64,000 nt of DNA from contig CM114271.1 in the NCBI GenBank assembly GCA_050084515.1, positions 23,002,001-23,066,000 on the forward strand, in the 5' to 3' direction. The stretch comes from Blasia pusilla (Eukaryota). Below the pieces are notes generated by a model, which made no database searches, was not told the DNA's origin, and worked only from the letters and a program-made list of their open reading frames with translations. Shown piece after piece: positions 25,500 to 37,800 of the stretch (position 1 is the stretch's first letter; each line of letters begins with the position of its first letter). The position numbers and the translations under genes were made by a program.

Positions 25500-26840
25500 A
25501 ATCTTCATCGTCTACACCTAGTACTTTTGTATTTTCTTTGATATATGCAAAGGGATTTGGAGCTAATGCCCACTTTTGAATCCTTTCCAAATAAGTAAAT
25601 CTCACTTTTGCTTTGGCATTCCCAATAGAGAGGTTATATGTCATATAGTTCAAATTCTTCACAATCATTCCTAGGGCATAGATTTCAGTGGCCTTGCTAA
25701 AAGGGAGATTCTGAGGTCCTGATGTCAACTCCGGTGCTATATGCCCAACATGATTTTTTTTGTTCATGCTGCTATCATCTATGAGGAGACTCTAAGATTT
25801 CATTAGTCCACATGGCATTTCCCCAATCTCCAACACTGATGTATGGGTTAGAGTTGGATCCAAAATGGATGAACATGTTCCTAGCATGGAGGTTGGCATG
25901 AAAAACCCCACGCTTGTGGACAATTTCCATGGTAGCAAGAAGGGCAATCACAAGTTGGACGATATTGTATGTTATTGCGAGACATCTCATCTTTTCCAAC
26001 TCTCCTAGATTATCCCCGCCGTTCTTCAAGTTATGGCATGCTCGCAGCTAATTTTCGAGATGTCCACCATTCCAATATGGAAAAATGACACATGGTGTAT
26101 CTTGGATCAACCTTCCCACCATGCAAACAACACGGCGATGTAAAATACTCGCAAATAACTCCTCGCTCATCATCAATTTTCTAGATCCTGATAGAGATGA
26201 TTCCTTATACACCTTCATGCAATAGTACATTTCTTCCCTAAAGCCGTGGGTTTCGTTTATTTTACAACAATACACAATTCTGTATAAATCGGTTCCCACA
26301 ATATCACTTGGGTCATGTCCTACTACCACATTCTTATCGAAAATCAATGTTATTGCACATGGAACGATCTATGTCAGCCCCTAAGAAGTACTACATCCCT
26401 GAAAAGACGTTGAACACTTCTTAACTCTATACATAATCTTTGTAGGAGGGCCGACTTTGCAACATTATGCTTCTCATCCTTACATGTCTTGAGATCGACA
26501 TACGCTCTTTGTGGGTTAACACCTTTTTGGGCACAAAATGTAGTTAAGCTATCATTCTCCACGACATCCACTTCCTAGTCAAATGCCTTTGCCACTCTAT
26601 TATAATCTGTGCAATTCCAAGGTGCAGTCATGGAAACCATCCATATCCCTCGAAATGTAGGATCGTCTCTTATCTAAAGAAAGCTGGAAAAACCAGTCTA
26701 ACCATGCCTCTCTTACGACCATGTTGAAATCATTCCTCAAATTTGTTCTTTGCCTCTTGGCACCAACGTTGGACTCATTTCGGTTCTCTCTAGCTCTCGA
26801 TGACCCAGCCCCACTAGATATTTCCCTCGGATGAAGAAGA
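25500..26840 (-). pseudogene. Decayed intron-less protein kinase-like gene (atypical HxDLHxxN / DWG type)
   Basis: Kinase subdomains appear in order across stop- and frameshift-broken ORFs: VGTDLYRIVY (I), YCMKVY (II), EELFASILH (III-IV), IFPYWNGGHL (V), VHKRGVFHANLHARNMFIH (VIb), ISVGDWGNA (VII), HIAPEL (VIII), ATEIYALG (IX). Confidence 0.8.
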
Positions 26841-27429
26841 TAATAAAATATTTTTAAAATAGAAGGGAAAGAAATGTACAGGTTGAGATAAGTAAATACC
26901 GAAAAGATAATGACTCGAGATGCTAAAAAAATGGCTCAAAATGTACGGGCGCGTGAATGATGGAACGTCGGTCTAAGTTTAGGGTTGGGCACTCAAAGGG
27001 AATAGGTAGATATTATGGGCATGTTTAAATAAGTTTCCATGATCACCTCCACATCCCCAATGCGCTAAGGATAACCAACGAAACAAATCAAAACACTTGG
27101 GTCTATGGATAGAAAATCTCAAAATCACAAAAAAAGTTAAGTGAAAAAAGAGATTTCCGCACTCACAAACACTCACATAATGTGGAGTCAATTGGAATTT
27201 TTTTAGGATACAACAAGGAGCGCAAATATCCAAGTTGGTCCCGAATAAGATCCAAGTACCTCCAAAAGGCAGCTAAGGGATTTCTCCAAAATTCCTAGTA
27301 ATCTTGAAAGCCCTTAGCTCTCAAGGGACCATAGAAATTTGGAGCCTAATCCAAAATATCATCAAAAAATTTATAAACCATGGAAAAATAGAGATAATTA
27401 GGTAAATTAGCCCTAAATCCCCTTTCATA

Positions 27430-27955
27430 AATGCATTTTGGGGGCCCCTTGTGGGCCCTTCCCTTATGGGTTTTACCCAAAAGGGGAAGGAAGGGGGAAG
27501 GGGAGGGGAGGGGATGGGGCAAGTTCAACTTGGCTCAAGCCACCCCTAGGTTGCCACGTGTCCCCGCAGAGTTCGCGGGACGCAAGCTCCTCGCGGGTGC
27601 CGCCAATTGGGCCGTTGACGGCGGGCCACGGCGGGCGAGACAGGGGGCGGCATCGCGGGCTCCATCGGAGGCTGTACGCGGGCCCTAGAGCTTGCAAGCA
27701 CGCTAGAGACCGAGGGGGCGAATCGGAGGGCGCGATGCAGACCCAACTTGTCCGTGATGCGGGCTTGACCAAAAAACGGGCGTTGGTCGTGATGCGCACT
27801 ATTCGGGAAAGGGTGGAATGCTTGGTGTGCATGGGCCTAGATGCAGGCCGCGGGCAATGCGAGCTCATGGAGCCCGCACCGGAGCCCGCACAGACATGTT
27901 TGTCCTCGGGACGGACATATGTCCGCGGACACGGACTTTGTTCGCGTGCAACCTT
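27430..27955. mobile_element. GC-rich subterminal region and terminus of a probable DNA transposon (hAT-like end)
   Basis: Ends AGACATGTT...GGACTTTGTTCGCGTGCAACCTTG, homologous to AGACATGTT...GGACTTTGTCCGTGTGCAATCCTA at 34476-34555. The reverse complement CAAGGTTGCAC resembles (C/T)AGGG-type hAT TIR starts. No partner TIR or TSD was confirmed. Confidence 0.4.
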
Positions 27956-30900
27956 GTTCCGGATGAGTTGCTACCACATAGGGAAATCGATCATAAGATA
28001 GAGGTCATCCTAGGATCTCAACCACCTTCAAAGGTCCCATACACATTGAATCAAGAGGAACTTGCTGAGTTGAAAAAGCAGTGAAGTGAGCTCTTAGAGA
28101 AGAGCTTCATTAGAACTATCAAGTTGCCGTATGGAGTGCTTGTTCTCTTTGTGAAGAATAAGGATGGAAAGATGAGACTTTATGTTCATTACCATGCATT
28201 GAATAACTACCCTCTTTTGAGGATTGATGATCTTTTTAATAGATTGTCAGGGGCGAAGTACTTTAGTAGGGTTGATTTGAAGTCAAGATATTACCAGATT
28301 TGGATTGTTGAAGCGGACGTGGAGAAGATTGCGTGTAGGACAAGATATGGCTTGTTCGAGTTTGTAGTGATGCCTTTCGGCTTGTGTAATGCGCCTCTTA
28401 CGTTCACCACATTGATGAACTCCATTTTTCATGATCAGATGGATGAGTATATGATCATCTACATTGATGACATGCTAGTCTATTCGAAGTCGCTAGAGGA
28501 GCATGCTCGACATTTGAGAGCGGTGTTGTTAAAACTCAAGCGAACAAGTTGTATGTGAATATGGATAAGAGTAAATTCAGACTATGCAAGATCAAGTTCT
28601 TGGGTCATGTAGTTAGCGCAAATAAAGTTAGGTTGGATATGGATAAGGTGAAAGCAATCTCTGAATGGAAACCGCCTTCTACAATGAAGGAAAGAAGGAG
28701 GTTTATCAGAGGGGTGCAATTTTACCGAACTTACGTGAGGAATTTATTGGGAATTATGAGACCTCTCACCGATTGGACTTCAAAGTTTTCTAACAGAAAC
28801 TAGAACCAATAAGTGAATGAGGCGTTCAAGCAAGTCAAGGAGATCTTGTGGCACAAGCCAGTGTTGAAGCTTCTGGAGTTCAATGAACCGTTCGAGCTGC
28901 ATACTGATGGTAGTGATTTTGCGATTGTAGGAATGTTGGTGTAGGAAGGAAAACCTCTAGCATATGAGAGCAAGAAGCTTATCGACACCGAATGGAGGTG
29001 GACCACTCATGAGAAAGAGTTGTTTGCGGTGGTTCACTGTTTGAGGAAGTAATATCACTATTTAGGACTTCATAAGACTCGAGCGTTCACTAATAATATA
29101 TCACTCAAGTATTTTGAGATCTAGGATCGAGTAACACCGAAATAACTCTGATGGCATGATACCTTGAAAATGATGAATGTGGAAATAGTCCACAAGCCAA
29201 GGAATGATAATGTCATTCCAGATGCATTGAGTTGTAGGGATGAGCTCATGCCATTGACGACGCTAGTCTTGAGAGCAATGTTCCCTAAGAAAACAGACCT
29301 GGAGAGAAGGATACATGAAGGATACATGAAAGACACTCAAGCAAGCGAGTACCTAAGGAAGTTGAAGCAGGGTGAGAAGGTGATCGACATAAGTTTGAGG
29401 CATGCTTTGCTAAGATTTTAGTAGAGTAGGATCTACATATGTGGGCGAAGGCAGGCTGCGGACCAAGGTGTTGGTAGAATGTCAGGATGGACCCTTAGTA
29501 GGACATTAAGGGGAGAAATCCACATAGGCTATTCTAACTAAGAGGTTCTTCTAACCCAACATGAAAGAAGATGTTGCTCAATATGTACGTGAAGATTTGT
29601 GTGACCTACCAAGCGAACGTAGTTTCTTTTGAAAAGAAAGAAGGTTTTCTACACCTTTTCCAATTCTCAAAGAACCCTTGCAGATTCTAGAAGAACCCAT
29701 GTAGAGTGTGAGTATGGACTTCATTATGAGTCTTCCAGAATCTGAGGGATACAACTTGTGAGATCTTGGAATTACATGAACAGAATGACTAGTAGTAGAG
29801 AAATTTAATGAAAACACACAGAGTACACTCCAGGTGAATGACCAAAAGAGGGGTTCTTGACAGCAACACTAGCCTCGCCAAAGCTGTCCTCTCTTCCCTA
29901 CAGTTTTCAACTTCTGAACGTTATACTTGTGATAGTTTATCGATTCTGCAAGTTGTCGAGAATTGTGCTGAAGGTGGACTCCGCGACATACTATACGACT
30001 TCTCGATTCTTCTTGGATAGCTGGTGGCGAGGTCATGGGTTGCCTAGGAGTATTGTTTCTGATTAGGATCCAAAGTTTATAAGTGCTTTTTAGAAGCACT
30101 TATTCAGAAGGCTTAGGGCCAATGCAAGCTGAGTATTAGTACTGCCTTCCATCCCCAAACAGATGGACAAACGAAAAAGGTAAGGTCGATTGTGAATCAG
30201 TACTTAAGGAATTACGTGAGTGCGGATCAACAAGATTGGGCCAAATGGTTAAGTGTGGTTGAGTAGTGCCATTACTCAACCAAGCATTCTGCAATTAGAG
30301 AATCTCTCTTTCTTTTGGCCTATGGACGTGAGCGAGAAGGGCCTCTTGACTTGGCCCTTCCGAAGGGTAAAACTTTGGCACAAACCCGACAAGCAACGAC
30401 CAAAGGTCTGTTAGTGGAGATGCAAGACTGGGAAATTGAAGTGGGCAAGAAGAAGTCTTGCAAAGGCTCAACTAAGGTACATTAAGCATGCTAACAAAAG
30501 TTGACGCCGAGTGAGATTCCAAGTAGGGAAGCAAGTGTGGTTGAGTGTAAAGAATCTCACTCTTTCGAAGGAGTTGTTTGAGAAGCTATTTGCCAATTGC
30601 AAGTATGCTCTACCGTGTGTGATCAAGGAAAACCCGTTTGAGGATATGTATACATTGGAGCTGAGAGAAGAGTTCAAGATTCATCCAACTTTCCATGTGT
30701 CATTATTGAAGAAATGTCTTCAAGATAATGTGCGTTCCAAGTGGAGATAGGTGTTGAGACAAAAATCAGTAATCTTCAATCAAGAACCGGAGTTTGAGGT
30801 GGAGACCATCTTGCATTTTAGGCATAGGGCCAATAAGTACGAGTACTTGATCAAGTGAAACTACCATGTGAAAGAGGCGAATTGGATTGCAAAGAGACGA

Positions 30901-31957
30901 GGAGTATTTGAGGTGAGAATGCTAACTCGTATTCGAATAAGCACCTAGAAGATGACCAAGTGTTGGGCAACTAAAACTTGGGCTCGTCCTAGCATCAGCG
31001 GGGCAGATTACTCTATCTTGGGGCTTGGGATGACCTTACTCGTGATAGCATGAGTGAACTTAGTGACGCGCCTAAGTTGAGTACGACAACAATCCAAAAG
31101 TAGTATGACTTGTGTATCGTGTAAACAGGAGGGATGTTTACGAGTTGTGAGCAAGAGAAGGTTACCAAAGAGGCGAGAACTGGATTTAGGATGTGACTAG
31201 TATTTGGGGTTCCGATTGTATTTTGGATCATATCCTCCTTCTATTCTTAAGATTAGTTTTGGATATGTAAGGTAGCATTGGAAATTTTATGCAAAGCCGG
31301 TTCCAATGCACCAAAGATCTCAGCAAACGCAACAGCAAAGACTCATATATTGGCCAAAAAGCACTATACGAGAATTTTGGTTGAGGCCAAAAAGAGGTGC
31401 ATGAGTGTCTCTTCCCCAAAGGTAGGGGGAGGGCGGGGATCCCCAAAAGTACTAGTAAGGGAAAGGTATCCAAGAGTGCTTGGGGCTGAAACCCCAGTTT
31501 GGGATGCCGAGGGGTGACTCAAGGGCCTGGAATGGATCGAGAGTTTTGGCATTGGGATTCAAAACTTGAACCAAGTCCAATAGAGTGGATTTTGGAGGTC
31601 CATATTGGATTCCAATCCGCGATTGGCTTAATTGGGTCTCGATTTAAGGCCGGGCCCATGTGAGGTCCATTTGACAGTTGGGATCGCTAGACGCACAAAT
31701 GCCGTTTTAGGTGTCCGGACTAACCAGAAAGTATGTCCCAAGTCTCAGAAGACTTGCTCGGATGGGAACCTAGGAATTAGGGAAGGTTGAGATTGGTGAG
31801 ATGCCGCATTGAGACTTGGTGCGTTGGAAGGTCGATTGATCCAAACCAGACTAATGTGAGTATATTTGGGTGTAGATCGGCGATGAGAGCGTGTCCTATT
31901 GAATGTACGCTTCCGCAACACTAAAGATTGACGTTTAAGAGGAGTAGGCACATGACA
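27956..31957 (+). mobile_element. 5'-truncated, decayed Ty3/gypsy chromovirus: RT, RNase H, integrase, chromodomain, PPT and putative 3' LTR
   Basis: PDELLPHREIDHKIE; LFVKNKDGKMRL; YPLLRIDDLFNRLSGAKYFSRVDLKS; VMPFGLCNAP; YIDDMLVYS; HTDGSDFAI; HGLPRSIVSD; STAFHPQTDGQT; IHPTFHVSLLK; chromodomain EFEVETILHFRHRANKYEYLIK*. Many TGG/CAG-derived stops. No gag or 5' LTR is visible. Confidence 0.95.
31135..31957 (+). repeat. Putative 3' LTR of the chromovirus, preceded by polypurine tract AAACAGGAGGGA (31123-31134)
   Basis: Purine tract directly followed by TGTTTACG; candidate end ...CATGACA where the composition changes abruptly. No second copy in the window confirms the right boundary. Confidence 0.55.
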
Positions 31958-32099
31958 CATACACCCTTACACTTCATTGGCCATAAAATAAGAAATTTTA
32001 TTGCCGTGGATGAATGTGTTTAGGGTTTAGGATCTTGGGTTTAATTAAATTTGGGAAATTTTCTTATTTTATGGCCAATAAAGTGTAAGGGTGTATGTT
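31958..32099. repeat. Inverted repeat, ~42-bp arms around a ~55-bp spacer containing TTTAGGGTTTAGG
   Basis: CATACACCCTTACACTTCATTGGCCATAAAATAAGAAA (31958) versus TTTCTTATTTTATGGCCAATAAAGTGTAAGGGTGTATG (~32060-32097). Confidence 0.9.
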
Positions 32100-32440
32100 T
32101 CACCCTTTCATTAAACCCAAGACAACAAGTACCCTAATCCCTAAAACCCAAGCGTACGTTGTAAATCCTAAACCCTAAGTCATATTGTCACCCTTACAAT
32201 GTATAATCCTATTAATTCATTAGCCATAAATGATAAGCAATAAACCCAAATTTTTTATTTTATGGCCAATAAAGTGTAAGGGTGTATGTTTCACCCTTTC
32301 ATTAAACCCAAGACAACAAGTACCCTAATCCCTAAAACCCAAGCGTACGTTGTAAATCCTAAACCCTAAGTCATATTGTCACCCTTACAATGTATAATCC
32401 TATTAATTCATTAGCCATAAATGGTAAGCAATAAACCCAA
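32066..32440. repeat. Near-perfect tandem duplication, 191-bp period, within a degenerate telomere-like (CCCTAAA) tract extending to ~32670
   Basis: ATGGCCAATAAAGTGTAAGG at 32071 and 32262; copies end at 32249 and 32440; many AAACCCTAA/ATCCTAAA motifs. Confidence 0.95.
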
Positions 32441-34199
32441 GTTTATATTCTTGAATCGAGAACCCTAAAATCTAAGCCATACGCACTAAACCCTAACTCA
32501 TGTATCATTACACTAGATCCTATAAAATTAAATTCATTGGCGAAAACCCAAAAATATAGAGCACCGTCAAGGATCATTCCTCTCCTTGGAATGTCGAATG
32601 ATCATTGGGAGAATGTATCTATTATTCCAAGCCATACACCCTAAGTCATAAACCCTAAACCCTAAGTCTTATACACTTACTCAATGTCATATTAAAAAAA
32701 TAATGATATTGGAACAAAACCCGGTTTTCTAAATGACTAAATTTGTGGGAATTGGTTTTAAAGGCATTATCATGAAATCCTTCTTTGGTATGAATCTATA
32801 CTTTTATTTCTACACTTTTCTTATCAAACATTGAACTTTACCTATGATCCAAAAATATTATTATTTCGGCTACATCTGATAGAAACAATATAAAATAATA
32901 ATTTTAACATTAAAAACTAAAATTAAAAATCTTAATTTTTTTTTCTATTTTCATTTTTAAGATTGGAAAAATACCCTAGATTTAATTCAAAACCATTATT
33001 TTAGCCCATAGCGTGGATAATTGTGTAGATTTTCAAGTTAAATGCCCCTAAATCCAAAGGAAAAAATTACATTCCTAAGGGTATGTGGATGTGAATGGAT
33101 TTTCTCTCTTTTATTGAAATTGAACACCTATATAAATTACAGATTTCTTAAGCCCCATGTATAATTCATAGCAAAACTCCTTTATTATTGAGAGGCTTTG
33201 GAGAGTGTGGCTAGGTTTGGAAATGGCTATTAAGGTCATAAGTTCATAAAGTCATACCAATATCTAGAATATAGAGGTATGGCAATAATGGATCTTTTAC
33301 TTGTATCCATGATCCGTCCTAAATTTATAATTAGATTAAAAATTCAAATACAATGCACAATGTTGAGGAACAAAGTTTCTATCTTTTCTTTATAAAAACC
33401 AAAAAAATTGAAGAAAAAGTGTAAAAATGTTTGACCTAAAACATAAAGGAATGTGAAAATTATAAGAACGAGGAGAATTTATCGTCTTAAAATATTCCTC
33501 TTATAATAGCATAATGATTGATATTTTCCTACTAAACGGACAAAAGGAATTTATGATAATGTTTAAAATAAAAATATTTATGATCGTAAATAAATTGGGC
33601 AATAAACCCATAACCAAAAGTCTTTATTGCCTACATGCAATAAAGATTTTGCAAATTGGGAAAAATAAATTGGAAACAATTCCACATTTGCTTCTCCCGT
33701 TTGCACCCAACCTTAAATCCATGATCTCTTGGGATTGAGTAGCTTGCCTAGCCTTCCCTCCACAGTTTTCACATCTTATAAACGATTTGGAATTGATTTA
33801 TTAACAAGTCTTTTCCTCCAACTCCTCTTTAGTAGAGGTTGTAAGTTCAAGGTGAGGTGTAAGAAGGAGAAGTGACCATGGATTGATTTCCATTCTTTTG
33901 CAAAATTCATTTTGCAAATTCAAAAATATTAGCATTCTTGGACAATGCAAGCATCCCAAGCAATAATTACAGTTGTCAATTCTTGGAATATCATCCTCCA
34001 TATCTTATAACTGTTATTGATGGGAATGTGAGTTATGCTTTCAAAATTGGACCGAAAAACATTGGGAGGTGGGTAATCCATATTATTATTCAGCCCTCTA
34101 ATGTATTCAAGCACCCTCACTTGGATTTAGGTTTCTTGGGTTAAGGCTTGGAACCCTAATCCTCCTAGAGATGCTACCCCACTTTTCTCCTATTAGTAA

Positions 34200-34555
34200 A
34201 AATGCTCATGCGATCAAGGATGCACGGAAATGGACTGGTTCAAACTTGTCCACGGACATGCGGCACGATTGGATATCCTCGGCCCGCATCCGGGCGTGTA
34301 GACCATGCATGCACCTCTTTGTGGCTTGCTAGGCGGACTGTACCCAATAGGAGCGGCTCAGGCCCCCACAAGGCACGCGGATGAGCCTGTATGGCGGGCT
34401 CAGGGCCCTTAGTTGAGCTCGCCATGTGCGGGCCATGCGCCGGCCCACCGGGTCTCCGATACCCGGACCCGGATAGACATGTTCATCCCTAGGATGAACA
34501 TGAACATTTCCACTAGGATGAACATGGTCGTGGACTTTGTCCGTGTGCAATCCTA
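34200..34555. mobile_element. Second GC-rich hAT-like transposon end, related to 27430-27955
   Basis: Terminal GGACTTTGTCCGTGTGCAATCCTA (reverse complement TAGGATTGCACACGGACAAAGTCC); internal repeats of CTAGGATGAACATG. Confidence 0.4.
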
Positions 34556-34812
34556 CTTGCGATGTATCAATGCCATGCTTGCTTCTTAACTTATTGAAGC
34601 AAGTGGATACTCTTTAGATGGGAACAATTCGCCAAATGTTGCGTTGTGGAAGATAATTTGGCCCCTTAAATCACATGACATGTAGTGAAAACTACATTGG
34701 GGCAATTCCGAATGGTGCTTGGGGTGAAGTTCCTAAGGAAAGACATGACCTTGAAGTTTGCAAGAATTGCAATTGCAGAAGTGGCAACCATTTAAGATTG
34801 CCTTGTGAAGAC

Positions 34813-37800
34813 CTAGATTGTGGGTGGCTGCCAAAGGACCGACGTTCCTGTATCGCCTGTAGCTTTCGCTGCGCGTTCAGGAGACCGCATATTCATGATC
34901 TCTTCCACGTTCCGCACGGAGGAGACATTGGTCGCCTCCTCGAAGTGGCCATGGAAGACGTGAGTTGGAAATTCAGACGTGAAGCCTCGGTATGACGAGT
35001 CTCTTCCTGACATGTTGAAAGATCCAGTGATTGGAGCGTTGACGCCGCCGGCGTCGTATGAGATTTCCAGTTTGATAGCCTCTCCGAGACTTCGAACGAC
35101 TTGGGACATATCCGGTCTGTTAACTGCCTTTTTATCGACGCTTTGCAAAGCCAACTCGGCCATCGCCCAGACAGACTCGGGGTTGAATTTCTGTTCTAAC
35201 CTTGGATCAGTGAATGAAAGAATGTCTCCCGTTGCCATCGCCGACTTCATCTGCACACGCAGACACATGCGCCACATCGTATGCTAGTGAGAACACTCGC
35301 TCGTAGCAGTGATGATCGATATCTCTCTTGTGACGGCCATTTCCGGGCCAACTTGCAAGGCATGGTGGACGGACAGGCTAGCTTGATTGCGGTGACGAGC
35401 AAGCTTTCCTGCTGAAAGTAAGAAGCCTGCAGTGACACTAGTGTAGTTCCATGTACTTCGGCAAAGAGAGTACTTCACAGTCTGTGAGAATCAAATCTCG
35501 GCAACACTACAAAATCCGGCACTTCCGCAAGCGCGTGCTCATGAGGACGATGCTCTATTGATCATCGAAGGTGGAGTGCTCAATAGTAACGTCAAATCTG
35601 TGTCGCCATCACAAGCCACACAGCATATCCAACAAACGACGCATGTGCAGATCCAACCTAGAAGTTTCCATACTATTCAGTAACGTAAGTGAGAATGAGA
35701 GGAAACACATCGATTCTATGGTGAAAGCAATGAAAGTGAGCAGAAGGCTTGTGACATATTCATACCTGATCGACGAGGAGTTCATGGATACCGATTTCTC
35801 TTGAGAAAACAGGACTAGTGCCACGCATGATTTCCATGAGGACAACACCAAAGCTGTAAACATCGCTTTTCGGGGTCAACTTTTGGTTATCGAAGTACCT
35901 GAACTCAAGCAAGCGCAAGACGAACTGTTAGCGCTCGCGAACTCAAACAAACTTTATATCCAATTTGTATGCGTACGCCTGCGATCAATCAAGGAGATTC
36001 AGCGACATCCAGTGACTAGTAGGCGTGCATCAAAGCAGTCTGATTCAGCCACGGAAGCTTCCATCCATGTCAATCAGATGATGGCTTACTCTGGATCCAG
36101 ATAGCCCGGGGAGCCTCTAACCAAGGTGGAGAATGTGTTATCGTCATCAGGTGTGGATTTGGAAATTCCGAAATCAGAAACCTTGCCCACAAAGTTGTCG
36201 CAGATCAATATATTATTACTTTTCACATCTCGGTGAATGATTTTCGGACTGCAGCCGGTGTGCAAATACTCCAACCCTGGAAAGAAACCGGCAGCGCAGG
36301 GGTTCAATGACATGATCATAGAAGCCTACTGTTGCAATGGATCGGTCATAGACAAGCAGGATGCGTTGGCTGGGATCCATCCAGGGTCGTAGTTCAACCG
36401 TCACCTGGACAGCACTCACTCTACAGGCTTCTGAAGATTCATGGCAAGGAAAACTGAGAAACGGTGCACAACAGAAGTCGGGACATTTCGTTTCCGTGAT
36501 GCAGACGGTGAAAATGGAAAGTCAATCTGACATAATTCGTAGATGATTCCCCACACCTTTTGCTGCATCAAGGGCTATACTAAGTCGAGTCTTCCAGTCA
36601 AGGGGCCTCGCTGCTGCATGTGGACCTGAACGACACCATGTAAGTGCACTGCAAATCAGCCACGCTTACTAGTTACACTCAGCATCGAAGCTCTGTTGTG
36701 CTCTACAGGAAGCACATGATCCCGATTTGGGACTTGATCCACTCAATCACATACCGTATAGAAGATCGTTCAAGGCCCCGTTGGATTGGAATTCGTAGAC
36801 CAAAATTCGCTGGTCAGCTTCGTCACAGTAGCCAAGAAGAGGAACAAGATTTCTGTGGTGAACAATTGTAAGAAGGGCAACCTGCGCATGTACGGGCACG
36901 CGCGTACGTGGTGAGCCCTACGAAATTAGAAAAACCTTGAGATATGGAAAGCTATGCAGGACAATAGAAGCCTCGAAGTTGGTAACATATTTTGACGAAA
37001 GGCCCTGGAGTTGTGAGCGGTCGCCATAAGATGGAGAGAGAGAGGACTGAGGCAGAAAACTGTTAGTCCGACCTGTAGTGAGAAAGTTTAAGAGCGGGTA
37101 TCGTGGAATTGAAGTTTCCGCCCTGCAACTATTCGAAAAGTTCCAACTATTTCGATGAATCATGTTTATAGAAAACCGTCAGAGACTATGAGCGCGCCGC
37201 AAACTGTTCGAAATGGCACAATCCGGCAAGAACATTCAAAATTAGGCTCAAAAACTGTGATTCGTCGCTAGCTGCTACCCCCTTCGAATCTCACCACCGT
37301 GGATTTTCCCGGGGTATGCGCTGTGCTCATCAGGTTTAATGGAGGAAATTGTTGCTGTTGTAGGAGGTCGTTGCTTCCCTGGGTACAACTCTTGACAGGG
37401 CAAATGCGTTTTAGGGCCCTCGTCACTTCCTCGACGGGCTTCAGCATTCGTCACTTTTATCATCTTTCTCTCATTCACGATTCATTTTCCTTCTGAGGCC
37501 GGGGAAAGGCAGTGAGTCGAGTCGGAAATGCGGTGACGTAATACCACCGCCCGCTGGAGTGAGGCCAGCCAGCTGAAGTCATGGATGTCCACTGCGTGAA
37601 TCAGATCGATTGGATTCTCGGAAAAGGGCAGCGCATACCACTCTAGCTTCAACGTACCTCGTTTAAGAACTCGGCACGGCCTTGATGAGCTCCTTCCGTG
37701 TTCACCTTCACGGCGACTTCCCTTCCGTTGGGAAGCTTTCCATAGAACACGTCCCCGAATCCTCCCTTGCCAATCCTCTTCTTGTAGTTCTGCGTGGCCG

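Noticed and set aside
32000..32670. True telomere or chromosome end
   Set aside because: The repeats are sparse, degenerate and flanked by genes and TEs on both sides
33740..34150. Possible transposase fragments next to the second hAT-like end
   Set aside because: The short ORFs show no motif I can assign to a transposase
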